In this document: positions 31,755 through 41,485 of the stretch, in pieces | Layout of the letters: every line of letters starts with the position of its first letter | Position numbering within the stretch: the first letter of the stretch is position 1 | Assembly: GCA_013288205.1 (NCBI GenBank) | Contig: JABDCH010000001.1 | Span: 3,480 to 67,479 of the forward strand | Length of the DNA stretch: 64,000 bases | Source: Bacteroidota bacterium | Lineage (GTDB): Bacteria > Bacteroidota > Bacteroidia > JABEUT01 | Direction of reading: 5' to 3' | The notes under the pieces: generated by a model | What the model saw: the letters and a program-made list of their open reading frames with translations, nothing else | The model's database searches: none | Told to the model about the DNA's origin: nothing | Position numbers and translations under genes: made by a program

Positions 31755-31790
31755 AGAACCCATCCATAAAAACGGTGGGTTTCTTTTATT
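31755..31790. terminator. Candidate bidirectional intrinsic terminator between convergent genes
   Basis: Hairpin gaaccca-tccataaaaacgg-tgggtttc followed by ttttattt. It sits between the stop of 27748-31722 (+) and the stop of 31809-32192 (-). Confidence 0.45.
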
Positions 31791-31808
31791 TAACAGATGC
31801 CGGAGGAA

Positions 31809-32192
31809 TCAGGCGCTTTTCTTAATACCTAAAATGCCGATGATAATAAGGGCATAGAAAAAGAAATCTGTAATATTGAAAGAAGAGGTCTTGAATACAA
31901 AAACATCCATCAGTTTTAACCCTACAATAGAAATAGCTACCCAAACGGCAAATGCAACAGCAACAGGTATTTCTTTCATAGCCAATGAAAAGAAAAATAT
32001 GTTTGTAAGCCCGAATAAAACATATCCCAAAGGTGGTAGCAGAATTTTTGCATTAACAGGCTCGGCGAAGTAAAGTTTTACCGGTGTATCTATTATTTTT
32101 TTCATGTCAACATATTTCAGCGAATAAGTCCACCATATTTCTGAAAAAGCGGCAATGAAAAGATATACCCACCGGATAAGCGGCACAGTCAT
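31809..32192 (-). CDS. Small 4-TM membrane protein, SMR/DMT-like (putative small multidrug-resistance-type transporter)
   Basis: 127 aa. N-terminal helix YLFIAAFSEIWWTYSLKY resembles the EmrE/QacE TM1 glutamate helix. An atypical insertion follows TM1. Confidence 0.45.
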   Translation of the reverse strand: MTVPLIRWVYLFIAAFSEIWWTYSLKYVDMKKIIDTPVKLYFAEPVNAKILLPPLGYVLFGLTNIFFFSLAMKEIPVAVAFAVWVAISIVGLKLMDVFVFKTSSFNITDFFFYALIIIGILGIKKSA

Positions 32193-32194
32193 AA

Positions 32195-33115
32195 CTAATA
32201 GTATTTGTCGGTTAGATAAACTAAAATCTGGGCCTTGTATTTTTTGTATTTACGCTTAAATGCGGAATTTTTTTTTACCCATTTCATTAAATCTTGCCTC
32301 CAGTAAAAATACCAATGCCATTTTATATTACCACGCAATTTATTTTCATCCATCCGCTTCACCGAATAAACATGCTGTAGGAAATAATCATTCGGATATT
32401 CATAATACAATCCGAATTTCTCGGGCTTGAAGTCCGGAAGGTATGCAGTACCGAAAAGCCAATCCCACAAAGAAAATTTAGTGGAGAAGTTGGCAAAGAA
32501 AACCTGGTTGTAATCGGCATGGTGCCATTGGTGCATTTCGGGGCCGTTGATTACCTTTTTGAATTTACCCAGGCTCACATTAATGTTAGAATGGATAAAC
32601 ATTCCCCACATGGCATCTATCAATGCTTTTATGGGAACAATAATAGGATTTGCTCCCAGTAAAATAATAGGCGCAAACTCAATGGTTTGGTTAATGATAA
32701 TTTCAGCTATATGCGAACGTGAACCGGACAGCCAATCCACTTCTTTATTGGAATGGTGTGCCTCATGCGTGCGCCATAAAAGCTTTGAGTTGTGCTGCCA
32801 GCGGTGAAACCAGTAGATGTAAAAATCGTGGGTGATGAGAAAAAATAACACTTGCGCCGCAATGGGCCAGTTGGTTACAATATGCAACGAGGAGAGATGG
32901 TAGTGCTGGTCTATCGGATAAATAATATAACTGAAGATAAGTATCTTCAAAAAGAAACTTTGAATTAATGTGTACCAGACAAAGTCTACAAAAAAGCCCT
33001 CCCTGAAAATAGGGAGGCCTTTTCGGTAAGGAAATATCCGCTCCAGCAAAATAATCACAAGCGCGGTTGTTATAAGCAGCGCGGTTGTGACTATTTCAAC
33101 TGAAGCTAAAGACAT
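32195..33115 (-). CDS. Fatty-acid hydroxylase / sterol desaturase superfamily membrane enzyme (di-iron His-box)
   Basis: Histidine boxes HDFYIYWFHRWQH, HEAHHS and HQWHH. N-terminal TM helices. Confidence 0.8.
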   Translation of the reverse strand: MSLASVEIVTTALLITTALVIILLERIFPYRKGLPIFREGFFVDFVWYTLIQSFFLKILIFSYIIYPIDQHYHLSSLHIVTNWPIAAQVLFFLITHDFYIYWFHRWQHNSKLLWRTHEAHHSNKEVDWLSGSRSHIAEIIINQTIEFAPIILLGANPIIVPIKALIDAMWGMFIHSNINVSLGKFKKVINGPEMHQWHHADYNQVFFANFSTKFSLWDWLFGTAYLPDFKPEKFGLYYEYPNDYFLQHVYSVKRMDENKLRGNIKWHWYFYWRQDLMKWVKKNSAFKRKYKKYKAQILVYLTDKYY

Positions 33116-33118
33116 AAA

Positions 33119-34018
33119 TTATTTGGTTTCCTGTAAGGTTTCAGAGTTTTGTCTTCTTAATCTTTTGCGGGCGCCCAATTCGCTTTCGTATACTTTCTTA
33201 ACTCCGTCGCCAATGGCAATTTCAAAATCCCTAATATCCCTTACCATACGTTGCATACCTTGTGGTTCAACCGATGCAGCGTGGTCAGAACCCCACATAG
33301 CGCGGTCGAGCGTAAAATGCCTTTCAACAAAGGTAGCGCCTAATGCTACGGCACAAACGGTAGGCGACAAGCCTGTTTCGTGGCCTGAATATCCAATCGG
33401 AGTTTCAGGGTACATTTCCTCAAGCGTGTTTATCATCTTTAAATTTAATTCCTTCGGAGGACATGGATAAGCTGAGGTGGAATGTGCAATAAGTACATTA
33501 TCCAGGCCGAATTTATTGGTAGCGGCAGTTATTTCATCCATGGTTGACATTCCGGTGGAAAGAATATAAGGCTTGCCGGTAGATTTCACTTTTGAAATCA
33601 ACGAAAAATCGGTGAGCGAAGCAGATGCCATTTTATATACCGGTGTATCGAATTGTTCCATAAAATCAACGGCTTCTTCATCCCAGCAGGAAGCAAACCA
33701 ATCAATGCCGCGCAATTTACAATGAAAATCAATCTCATCATATTCGGCTTTGCCAAATTCTATTTTATGCCTGTAATCAATGTAGGTCATTCTGCCCCAA
33801 GGGGTATCTCTCTCCATATACCATTGGTCTTTGGGAACACACAGTTCAGGAGTGCGTTTTTGAAACTTCACCGCATCGCATCCGGCAGCAGCAGCTTCGC
33901 TGATTAATTTTTTGGCTATTTCTACCGAACCATTGTGGTTAATACCCACTTCAGCAATAATGTATACCGGCTCTCCGTAGCCTATACTCCTTTTATCCCT
34001 GATTTTGATTGTTTTCAT
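33119..34018 (-). CDS. NeuB-family synthase (N-acetylneuraminate / pseudaminate / SpsE-like PEP-condensing enzyme), TIM-barrel part only
   Basis: N-terminus IKIRDKRSIGYGEPVYIIAEVGINHNGSVEIAKKLISEAAAAGCDAVKFQK is typical of NeuB/SpsE. At 299 aa it lacks a C-terminal SAF domain. Confidence 0.8.
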   Translation of the reverse strand: MKTIKIRDKRSIGYGEPVYIIAEVGINHNGSVEIAKKLISEAAAAGCDAVKFQKRTPELCVPKDQWYMERDTPWGRMTYIDYRHKIEFGKAEYDEIDFHCKLRGIDWFASCWDEEAVDFMEQFDTPVYKMASASLTDFSLISKVKSTGKPYILSTGMSTMDEITAATNKFGLDNVLIAHSTSAYPCPPKELNLKMINTLEEMYPETPIGYSGHETGLSPTVCAVALGATFVERHFTLDRAMWGSDHAASVEPQGMQRMVRDIRDFEIAIGDGVKKVYESELGARKRLRRQNSETLQETK

Positions 34019-34110
34019 AGTGTTGATTTTTATAAAGGTTTAATTACTGTTTTCTATTTTAATTTGCTTTGTGATTGAACATTCATCACTCATCATTTAT
34101 AATTCATCAT

Positions 34111-34914
34111 TTAAATGGCCGTCCATCCCCCGTCTACCACCAGGTTAGCGCCTGTCATATACGAAGAAGCGTCGCTGGCAAGGAACACAATGGCTCCCTG
34201 ATAGTCGGTAGGCGCAGCCATTCTTTTTAATAAGGTGCGCTTGCTGTAATTCTTTACAAAATAGCTGTCCTGGTTATTTTCCACTCCACCCGGTGAAAGG
34301 GTATTTACCCGCACATTTTTATCGCCCCAGTACGATGCCAAAAATTTAGTAAAACTAATTACGGCCCCTTTGGTTACCGGGTACGAAACCGATTTGAAGA
34401 AACGTTGGTGGCCGGCTTCATTTTTATAAATGCTTTGGTCGGGGGCCACCATCCCATAAGTAGATGCAATATTGATGATACTGCCTTTTTTCTTTTCGGC
34501 CATTACAGTACCCAGTACTTGCGAGCACAGAAACACACCCGTAATATTTACCTGGATCGATTTATCCCAAAGTTCGATCGGGTAGTTTTCAAACTTGCTT
34601 TGCTCGGCTGCTGCAGCAGGGTTTTCAAACATATCGTTAACGGCGGCATTGTTTACCAAAATATCGATGGTTCCATATTTCTGTAAAATCTTTTCTTTGG
34701 CTGCACGAAGGGAGTGTACGTTGGTTACATTCACGCCCAGCCCCATGTGCTGGCTACCCATTTGCATGGCAAATGTTTTGCATTTAGCATCGTCCATATC
34801 GGCCACCACTACGCTGGCACCCGCTTCGGCCAAGGCTTTGCAATGCTCCTTACCCAATAGGCCGCATCCGCCCGTAACAACCGCTATTTTATTTTCCAGT
34901 GAAAACATCTTCAT
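34111..34914 (-). CDS. Short-chain dehydrogenase/reductase (classical SDR)
   Basis: Cofactor motif VTGGCGLLG. The NNAA motif and the YxxxK region (SYPVTKGA) are present. Confidence 0.85.
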   Translation of the reverse strand: MKMFSLENKIAVVTGGCGLLGKEHCKALAEAGASVVVADMDDAKCKTFAMQMGSQHMGLGVNVTNVHSLRAAKEKILQKYGTIDILVNNAAVNDMFENPAAAAEQSKFENYPIELWDKSIQVNITGVFLCSQVLGTVMAEKKKGSIINIASTYGMVAPDQSIYKNEAGHQRFFKSVSYPVTKGAVISFTKFLASYWGDKNVRVNTLSPGGVENNQDSYFVKNYSKRTLLKRMAAPTDYQGAIVFLASDASSYMTGANLVVDGGWTAI

Positions 34915-34915
34915 A

Positions 34916-36265
34916 TTAGTTCGTGGCTACGGTTGGTTTGGGTTTCATATTAAAGTTGCTCACCTTGCGGAACACAGCTTCCACCGGTTGGCCCTTCAGT
35001 AATTCTTTTACGTTATTATTTTCTACTGCTTTCTTCAAAAGAGGCAATACATCAGCATAGGCCTTTAATGTGTATTCCACATCGGCATCGCTATGGCTGA
35101 AGCACATATTGTGGAAACCGCCCCAAAGAATTCCGCGCTTGATCATTTCCTGTTGCACGAATGATTTAAGCACAAGTGGATCCCCTGCGCTCGCATCAAA
35201 CGTCATAATGGTACGGCAATCGAAGCCAGAGCATTTGGTATAGTTAGCAATACCTAAATCAAAAGCTATTTTATTGTAGCCATCTTTCAGTTTACGGCCT
35301 TGTTTAGCAAGTTGTGCTTGCACATTCTTTTCTTTCATTTCGTTGATGGTAGCCATAGCTGCAGCAATCGAAAGTGCTTCGCCGCCAAACGTGGTAAAGA
35401 AGAAAACCTGTTCATTAAAGAGTTCCATTACATCTTTTCTTCCGGTAAGGAGAGAGATAGGCATGCCATTGGCAAATGCTTTGGAATAAACTGCCAAATC
35501 TGGTTTTACATCAAAATATTCTTGCGCACCACCCAATGCGACGCGGAAACCTGTCCACATTTCATCAAAGATGAGAAGTGTACCGTTAGCACGGCAAACC
35601 TTTTGCAATTCATACAGGAAATTGTTTTTAGGTTCTTCAAATACGAAAGGTTCTAATATCACGCAAGCAACATCCTCATCCAGCGCTTCTTTTATTGAAT
35701 CAATATCGTTGTAATTGAATGTATAGCTAAGGTTGGATGTTTCTTCAGGGATACCCTTGTTACGGCTGGTTACACCAATGTACCAATCGTGCCAGCCATG
35801 ATAACCGCAGCACAATACTTTCTTTCTTCCTGTGAATGCTCTTGCTACACGCACGGCAGCGCTACACACATCGGCGCCGGTTTTGCTTATGCGAACTGCT
35901 TCAGCATTCGGAATTATATCGTGAATCATTTCAGCCAACTCAACTTCCGATTTATGCATCAGCGAAAAAGTGATACCATCCTTTAATTGTTCTATGATGG
36001 CGTTATCCACCCTGTCGTAGCAATAGCCCAATGAAACGGGACCAATGGCCATATTGTAATCGATATATTCGTTTCCGTCAACATCCCATACATGCGAGCC
36101 TTTGCCTTTGGCAAGATATTTTGGAGCAACGCCTTTTACATATTGTCCGGGGCCCTTAGCGAGGGTTTGGGTAACGGGTGTCATAATCTTCAAAGCTCTT
36201 TCATAAAGCCTGTCCGAATTAGTAATGTCGGGATAGTTTTCGTTAAACTTGATGGTGTTTGTCAT
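34916..36265 (-). CDS. Class-III (GSA-aminomutase-like) PLP-dependent aminotransferase
   Basis: GSHVWDVDGNEYIDY, CCGYHGWHD, and a pyridoxal-Lys region (VYSKAFANG) typical of class-III transaminases / HemL-like enzymes. Confidence 0.8.
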   Translation of the reverse strand: MTNTIKFNENYPDITNSDRLYERALKIMTPVTQTLAKGPGQYVKGVAPKYLAKGKGSHVWDVDGNEYIDYNMAIGPVSLGYCYDRVDNAIIEQLKDGITFSLMHKSEVELAEMIHDIIPNAEAVRISKTGADVCSAAVRVARAFTGRKKVLCCGYHGWHDWYIGVTSRNKGIPEETSNLSYTFNYNDIDSIKEALDEDVACVILEPFVFEEPKNNFLYELQKVCRANGTLLIFDEMWTGFRVALGGAQEYFDVKPDLAVYSKAFANGMPISLLTGRKDVMELFNEQVFFFTTFGGEALSIAAAMATINEMKEKNVQAQLAKQGRKLKDGYNKIAFDLGIANYTKCSGFDCRTIMTFDASAGDPLVLKSFVQQEMIKRGILWGGFHNMCFSHSDADVEYTLKAYADVLPLLKKAVENNNVKELLKGQPVEAVFRKVSNFNMKPKPTVATN

Positions 36266-36273
36266 AATATATT

Positions 36274-37191
36274 TTATTTTAAGGATACAAGTACATTTTC
36301 TAACTCACGAACGGTGTGTTCGGCAATTTTTTCAGGAGTAAACTCTTCAAATTCAAACACACTGTTCAGCAGGGCAGGTTTGAACCACCTATTACGCAGC
36401 GCCATCGGGAAAACAGGGCACGTGATAGTATTCTTTAAGAATATTTCTGCCAGGATACTGAATAATCCTCCCGTCAAAAAGTGGTCTTCCACCGTTACAA
36501 TTAGTGAGGTATTTCCGGCAATGTTCAGGATGAGTTCTTCATCCATCGGTTTCAGGCTGCGCAGGTTTACCATCCCTACAGAATATCCCTTTTCTTCCAG
36601 CATCGCTTTTGCCCGGAATGTATTTTCAAACAATAATCCGTACGTAAGCAGGGTAATATCATTTCCTTCGGAAATCACTTCTGCTTTACCGGGAACATAA
36701 TCACTATGCTGGTAACTCATCTTCTTATTATTGATGCGGATGTATGCAGCATTGGGAGAATTAATCATATCAGGCAGCATAGCAACCAAATCATTCTCAT
36801 CGGCGGGAGCATATACTTCCATGCCCGGTATGCCGCGAAGGATAGATACATCTTCAATAGCCTGGTGCGTGGGACCATTGGCATCAGATAAAAAGCCCGG
36901 AATGTAACCACACAATTTTACCGGGAGATGGGCTATGCCCACATCGGTGCGGATAAATTCAAATGCCCGCATGGTTAAAAATGAGGCGAGTGCATGCACC
37001 ACAGGTATGCGTCCGCGGAGAGCTAACCCGGCGGCAGCGCCAATCATGGTTTGTTCGGTAATTCCGGTATCAATAAACCGATCTCCAAGCAGGGCAGGCA
37101 TGTTACGGATAAGGGCTCGGTTTTCGGCCGTCATCACTACAATGCGTTCATCTTTCTTTGCAAGCCCGGCAAGGGTTTCTTCGTAATTCAT
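36274..37191 (-). CDS. Transketolase C-terminal subunit (pyrimidine-binding + C-terminal domains) of a split transketolase
   Basis: 305 aa with ...GITEQTMIGAAAGLALRG... Immediately downstream of, and co-directional with, the N-terminal subunit gene. Confidence 0.85.
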   Translation of the reverse strand: MNYEETLAGLAKKDERIVVMTAENRALIRNMPALLGDRFIDTGITEQTMIGAAAGLALRGRIPVVHALASFLTMRAFEFIRTDVGIAHLPVKLCGYIPGFLSDANGPTHQAIEDVSILRGIPGMEVYAPADENDLVAMLPDMINSPNAAYIRINNKKMSYQHSDYVPGKAEVISEGNDITLLTYGLLFENTFRAKAMLEEKGYSVGMVNLRSLKPMDEELILNIAGNTSLIVTVEDHFLTGGLFSILAEIFLKNTITCPVFPMALRNRWFKPALLNSVFEFEEFTPEKIAEHTVRELENVLVSLK

Positions 37192-37192
37192 A

Positions 37193-38050
37193 TTATCGTA
37201 CTATAAGTGTTTCTGATTCTAATTTTGCTTTTGCTTCTCCGTGTAATTCCCGCACTAATGCGCCTGTTTCTTCGCGGGTGAAGTTACAGAACCAGCGGTC
37301 GGCACGGGCCTCAATGCTGGGTAGTCCTTTGCCGCGAACGGTGTCGGCTACTATTACATTTACTTTGCCTCCGGTGGTGTTGATTCCCTTAAAGGCTGCA
37401 TTTATTTCTTCAAAATCGTGGCCGTTGATGCGGTTCACGCTACAATTGAACGCCTCAAATTTCTTTTCCAGTGATTCGAGCGGTATCAAATCTTCGGTGC
37501 GGATGTTAGCCTGGAAGTGGTTCCTGTCAACAAGGAAGATGAGGTTATCAAGCTTATAGGCATTGGCCACAAGCAAAGCTTCCCAAAAAGTGCCTTCATT
37601 CATTTCGCCGTCACCTGTTATTACTACAATGCGGTTGGTTTGTTTCTTCATTTTGCAATCGAGCGCTACGCCAATAGCTACCGATGGAAGATGTCCCAGC
37701 GAACCGGAATGAAATTCTATCCCCGGAATGGCCCTGTTAGGGTGCCAGTAAATGCTGTCGTTGGTAGAAAGGTGGTTTAGCAGGCGTTCCTTTTTAATGA
37801 ATCCTAATTCGGCTAAGGTACCATATAAAGCGGGCACATCATGTCCTTTGGAAAGGAATAAATAATCACGTTCGGGGTCAGTTAGGTTTTCAGGAGTAAC
37901 ATTTAAAAATTCGCTGTAAAGGTACACAATCAAATCGGCGCAAGAGAGCGATGCCCCGATAAAGCAACCTCCTTCGGCTGACATGTTAATGATGTGTTCC
38001 CTCACGTTAAGCGAGCGGATTTCCAGGTTTTCTATTTCGGCTTTATTCAT
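37193..38050 (-). CDS. Transketolase N-terminal subunit (thiamine-diphosphate-binding)
   Basis: SLSCADLIVYLY, GHDVPALY and GSLGHLPSVAIGVAL (TPP-binding GDG-like region ITGDGEMNEG). Confidence 0.85.
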   Translation of the reverse strand: MNKAEIENLEIRSLNVREHIINMSAEGGCFIGASLSCADLIVYLYSEFLNVTPENLTDPERDYLFLSKGHDVPALYGTLAELGFIKKERLLNHLSTNDSIYWHPNRAIPGIEFHSGSLGHLPSVAIGVALDCKMKKQTNRIVVITGDGEMNEGTFWEALLVANAYKLDNLIFLVDRNHFQANIRTEDLIPLESLEKKFEAFNCSVNRINGHDFEEINAAFKGINTTGGKVNVIVADTVRGKGLPSIEARADRWFCNFTREETGALVRELHGEAKAKLESETLIVR

Positions 38051-38052
38051 AA

Positions 38053-38865
38053 TTATATTGTCGTCCGTGTTTGTTCAGGTTTTATAGTTTTCAATTCATC
38101 CAAATGATTCCTGTACCAGTTTACCCCGGCGAGGTGACCATTTATTTTCATCAGTTCGGGTTTCCTGTGTAATAAATCCAAAATGTCGTTCATGCTGAAT
38201 ACCGGATTTACAGGGTACAGCGCATCATATACGCTTTTTATAAATTCATAATCTTCGGGGTAATCAATAGTCCAGCGGTGCGACATAGAATAGTCGGTAT
38301 CCGGCAGGGCTACATTACCAATATTGAATTTATCGGGGTTTTCCCAGATATAAGGTGTTGTATGTTCGCGTTCCAGCTCACGATCCGCATTCTTCCATGC
38401 ATCCGACAAGGCATCCATAGTCATCACCTCCACATCGTTCCCGTCGGGATAGGAAGCGGGATGCAGGTTGCTTACATACTGATATATATTACGATGTTCA
38501 AGGAAATAGCCAATTACGTTATCAATAATGGCAGGGTCAATAAGTGGACAGTCAGAAGGAATTTTTACTACCACATCGGCATTAAAAAGTTTGGCCGTTT
38601 GGAAATGCCTGTCGAGTAAATCGGCGGAGCTTCCGCGATAACAGTAAATACCTTCTTTGATGCAAATTTGCTCAATCTCGTCATCTTCTTTATACACCGT
38701 TGTAGAAACTACCACCGTGCCTTTTAGTTTAGATGCCACGATACGTTCCAACTGGCGCAAAAAGAGAGCCCTTCCCGCAAGGGGAAGAAGCACTTTATTT
38801 GGCAGCCGTGTTGAGCTGCAGCGAACCTGCATAACGGTAACGATATTCGGGTTCGCAGAGGTCAT
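38053..38865 (-). CDS. Acylneuraminate / SpsF-type cytidylyltransferase (CTP_transf_3 family)
   Basis: N-terminus IVTVMQVRCSSTRLPNKVLLPLAGRALFLRQLERI matches the SpsF/NeuA-like P-loop (ARxxSxRLPxK). The start overlaps the upstream gene stop by 4 bp. Confidence 0.8.
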   Translation of the reverse strand: MTSANPNIVTVMQVRCSSTRLPNKVLLPLAGRALFLRQLERIVASKLKGTVVVSTTVYKEDDEIEQICIKEGIYCYRGSSADLLDRHFQTAKLFNADVVVKIPSDCPLIDPAIIDNVIGYFLEHRNIYQYVSNLHPASYPDGNDVEVMTMDALSDAWKNADRELEREHTTPYIWENPDKFNIGNVALPDTDYSMSHRWTIDYPEDYEFIKSVYDALYPVNPVFSMNDILDLLHRKPELMKINGHLAGVNWYRNHLDELKTIKPEQTRTTI

Positions 38866-39923
38866 GCAGCAATGGTTGATTTTTTAGCAGCCGATTTATT
38901 AACCGCCGGTTGATAGGTTGCCAGTTGTTGCCAGAACTCTTGTTTGGTACCGCTGAATTCAATATATTTTGTACAGATCTCGGCAATATTTTTAGCAGAG
39001 GTGCCACTGTTTTGAACGGGTAAAAGTTTTTTTAATTGCCCCAAGTCAAAATACGAATGTACTTCTTTGCCCAATGCCATGCCCAGGTATACTACCGATG
39101 AAAATTGGGTAATGAGTATGCTGCAATTAGCAATCATGGCATTCAGGTTACCATTGGTGTGCACCAGCGAACCGGCAGGGGCATGTTTCTTTATTTCGCG
39201 GGTGGCCCTTGCGTGGTTTTCGTTTGGATGTAATTTGAATATCAATCTTCTTCCTCTAGCAATTTGAGCGCAGCGTTTTATAAATTTTTTGCGGTTATCA
39301 ACGCCATAGCATTCGCGTATGTCGGTAGTGGCAACCAACACATGTCCCTTTTCTTTAAAATCATTATGGAGGAACGATTCCGCATTATCAAAATTAGGGA
39401 TGCCGGTAACTACCATCTTTTGGCGCCAGGTTCCTCCTTCCGAAAATTTATCTTTATATCCTTCCGAAGCCACGCAATATACATCGCAGCGATTGAGGGA
39501 ACCATTCAATGAAGTGCTGGCAAGATAAGCTGGCAGGTCGAATTGCTTCACAATCCGGCTCCACAATGAAAGCGGGTCGGTCATGCCTTCCTGAACAAAA
39601 ATAGTTTTGGTGTGTTTAAAACGGTAAGGAACAATTAGCTCGGTGCATATCACAACCAACTCATAGTTGTTTCCATACACTTCAGCACGATAATCGTTAG
39701 GTAGGTTATGTTCTTTTAAATATTGTTCAGATTGTTGTTTGAATACTCCTCCAAGAATGGAGTTCTCCGTTAGCCCGGCTTTAACTGCCACTTTTAGAAT
39801 AGGATTATCGGCGAAGAGTTGGCTGAAATAGCAATCGTAACCTTTCAGATACGATGCTATTTGGTGCATCTGTGTAGTTTGATTGAGAGACCCTGTTATA
39901 AATAGTATCTTCTTCCTTTGCAT
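38862..39923 (-). CDS. GT-B-fold transferase-like protein (PseG / TagF / KpsS-like), paralog 1; start assigned to the internal Met matching paralog 2
   Basis: N-terminal Rossmann-like KILFITGSLNQTTQMHQIASYL. C-terminal KLHPNE...NCSILITQFSSVVYLGMALGKEVH. About 45% identical to the 40275-41327 product. The ORF track extends it to 39989. Confidence 0.6.
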   Translation of the reverse strand: MQRKKILFITGSLNQTTQMHQIASYLKGYDCYFSQLFADNPILKVAVKAGLTENSILGGVFKQQSEQYLKEHNLPNDYRAEVYGNNYELVVICTELIVPYRFKHTKTIFVQEGMTDPLSLWSRIVKQFDLPAYLASTSLNGSLNRCDVYCVASEGYKDKFSEGGTWRQKMVVTGIPNFDNAESFLHNDFKEKGHVLVATTDIRECYGVDNRKKFIKRCAQIARGRRLIFKLHPNENHARATREIKKHAPAGSLVHTNGNLNAMIANCSILITQFSSVVYLGMALGKEVHSYFDLGQLKKLLPVQNSGTSAKNIAEICTKYIEFSGTKQEFWQQLATYQPAVNKSAAKKSTIAA

Positions 39924-40274
39924 ACACGAATTTTTATCTGCACCACTCTCTGAATTACCCGCAAAATATATGATTGAACGATTCTGCATTCGAATTACTT
40001 TAAAAGGGGGTTGCGAGGGATGAATCTGTACATACTATTGTTTTGATATAAAAACATGGTAATGAATGCACAATCAATTAATTGACAATGCAATTTAAGA
40101 AAATTCCGGTTTTCTCTACCGTTAAAGAGTCCTTTTTAAGATAGACCAGTCCAATTTTATTATATTGAACTGACAGTGAATTATTTATGCCGTAGTGGAA
40201 GAAAAATTTACGGGGGAGACGACTTGAGCTGCAATTACATTGCATTATGTTACTGATACACACATTATTTTCGG

Positions 40275-41327
40275 TTAACTGGCCCAAGCTATATCTACAT
40301 GATTATACAATTCCTGGTATTTGTTTGTTAATGCAACCCGTTGTTCCCTTTCGTGCTGCAAATAAGCCCTGCAAATAGTTGCAATTTTAAGCGATGAGGT
40401 TCCGCCGTTTTGAAGGGGTGCCAGGCTCTTCAGCTCATCAATATCAAAATACGAGTGCACTTCTTTGCCCAGTTCAAGCCCAACATAAGCCAGGGTAGAG
40501 TATTGCGTAATCAATACATCGCTATTAGCTACCATGTGGTTAGGATTGCCGTTTGAATAGGTGAGAGTACCTCTGGGAGCCCATTTTTTCACCTCGTTGA
40601 TTGCCCTTTCCTGCAACTCATTGGGGTGGAATTTAAAAATCAATTGGCGGCCATCAGCAATATTAGCGCAATTCTTTATGAACTTTTTCCGGTTTTCAAA
40701 CCCATATAATTCCCTTATATCTGATGTAGCGGCAAGTACATAATTTTTGTGCGGAAAATCGTTGGTGAAATAGGCTTGCATGTCGTCGAAGTTGGGCATA
40801 CCCGTAACAATAATCTTCGACTCATCGGTACCTGCTGTTGCAAACTTGTCTTTATAGCCCTGCGAGGCAACACAATATATATCACATTGGTCAGATGCCC
40901 CGTTGAGCGCAGTGCTCATGGCATAGTATCCCGGCAATCCCATGGAAAGCACTATTTTGCTCCATATCGTCATGGGGTCGGTCATGCCTTCTTGTATGAA
41001 AATCGTTTTTGTATTCCTGAACTTTTTCGGGAAAACCATATCGCTGCACATCACCACCAATTCGTAGGTATTACCCAACGCTTCGCCGCGATAATCACTT
41101 TTAAGTCCGTGCTGATTATAATAGTTTTCTGCTTTCTCCCTGTATGTGTCCGAAATTATCACACTCTCCACCAAACCCGTTTTCATTAACAGATTGATGG
41201 CCATCCCGTCGTCGAACAATTGAGAAAAGTAACAATCGTAGTCGGGGGTGAGGTGCGATGCAATTTTATGCATCTGTATGGTTTGATTGAGGGAGCCTGT
41301 CAGGAAAAGGATTTTCTTTTTAGGCAT
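40275..41327 (-). CDS. GT-B-fold transferase-like protein (PseG / TagF / KpsS-like), paralog 2
   Basis: KILFLTGSLNQTIQMHKIASHL...KFHPNE...NSDVLITQYSTLAYVGLELGKEVH. Collinear with 38862-39923. Confidence 0.6.
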   Translation of the reverse strand: MPKKKILFLTGSLNQTIQMHKIASHLTPDYDCYFSQLFDDGMAINLLMKTGLVESVIISDTYREKAENYYNQHGLKSDYRGEALGNTYELVVMCSDMVFPKKFRNTKTIFIQEGMTDPMTIWSKIVLSMGLPGYYAMSTALNGASDQCDIYCVASQGYKDKFATAGTDESKIIVTGMPNFDDMQAYFTNDFPHKNYVLAATSDIRELYGFENRKKFIKNCANIADGRQLIFKFHPNELQERAINEVKKWAPRGTLTYSNGNPNHMVANSDVLITQYSTLAYVGLELGKEVHSYFDIDELKSLAPLQNGGTSSLKIATICRAYLQHEREQRVALTNKYQELYNHVDIAWAS

Positions 41328-41485
41328 ATAATAAACGTATGTTGAGATTCATTTCCAATGCTTACAATGCAAAGAAATAAAACACCGTTTACGAAAAGGT
41401 TACTGAAACTTTAAGTTAAGTATAACAAAAAGTTACCTCAATATGACGGAATCTTATCCTCGTCTTAACAAACAGGATACATTAC

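Noticed and set aside
31876-32073. 65-aa plus-strand ORF.
   Set aside because: Antisense, within the SMR-like membrane gene 31809-32192.
40078-40287. 69-aa ORF in the gap between the two paralogous transferase genes.
   Set aside because: Cys-rich, low-complexity translation overlapping the stop region of 40275-41327. More likely non-coding promoter space.
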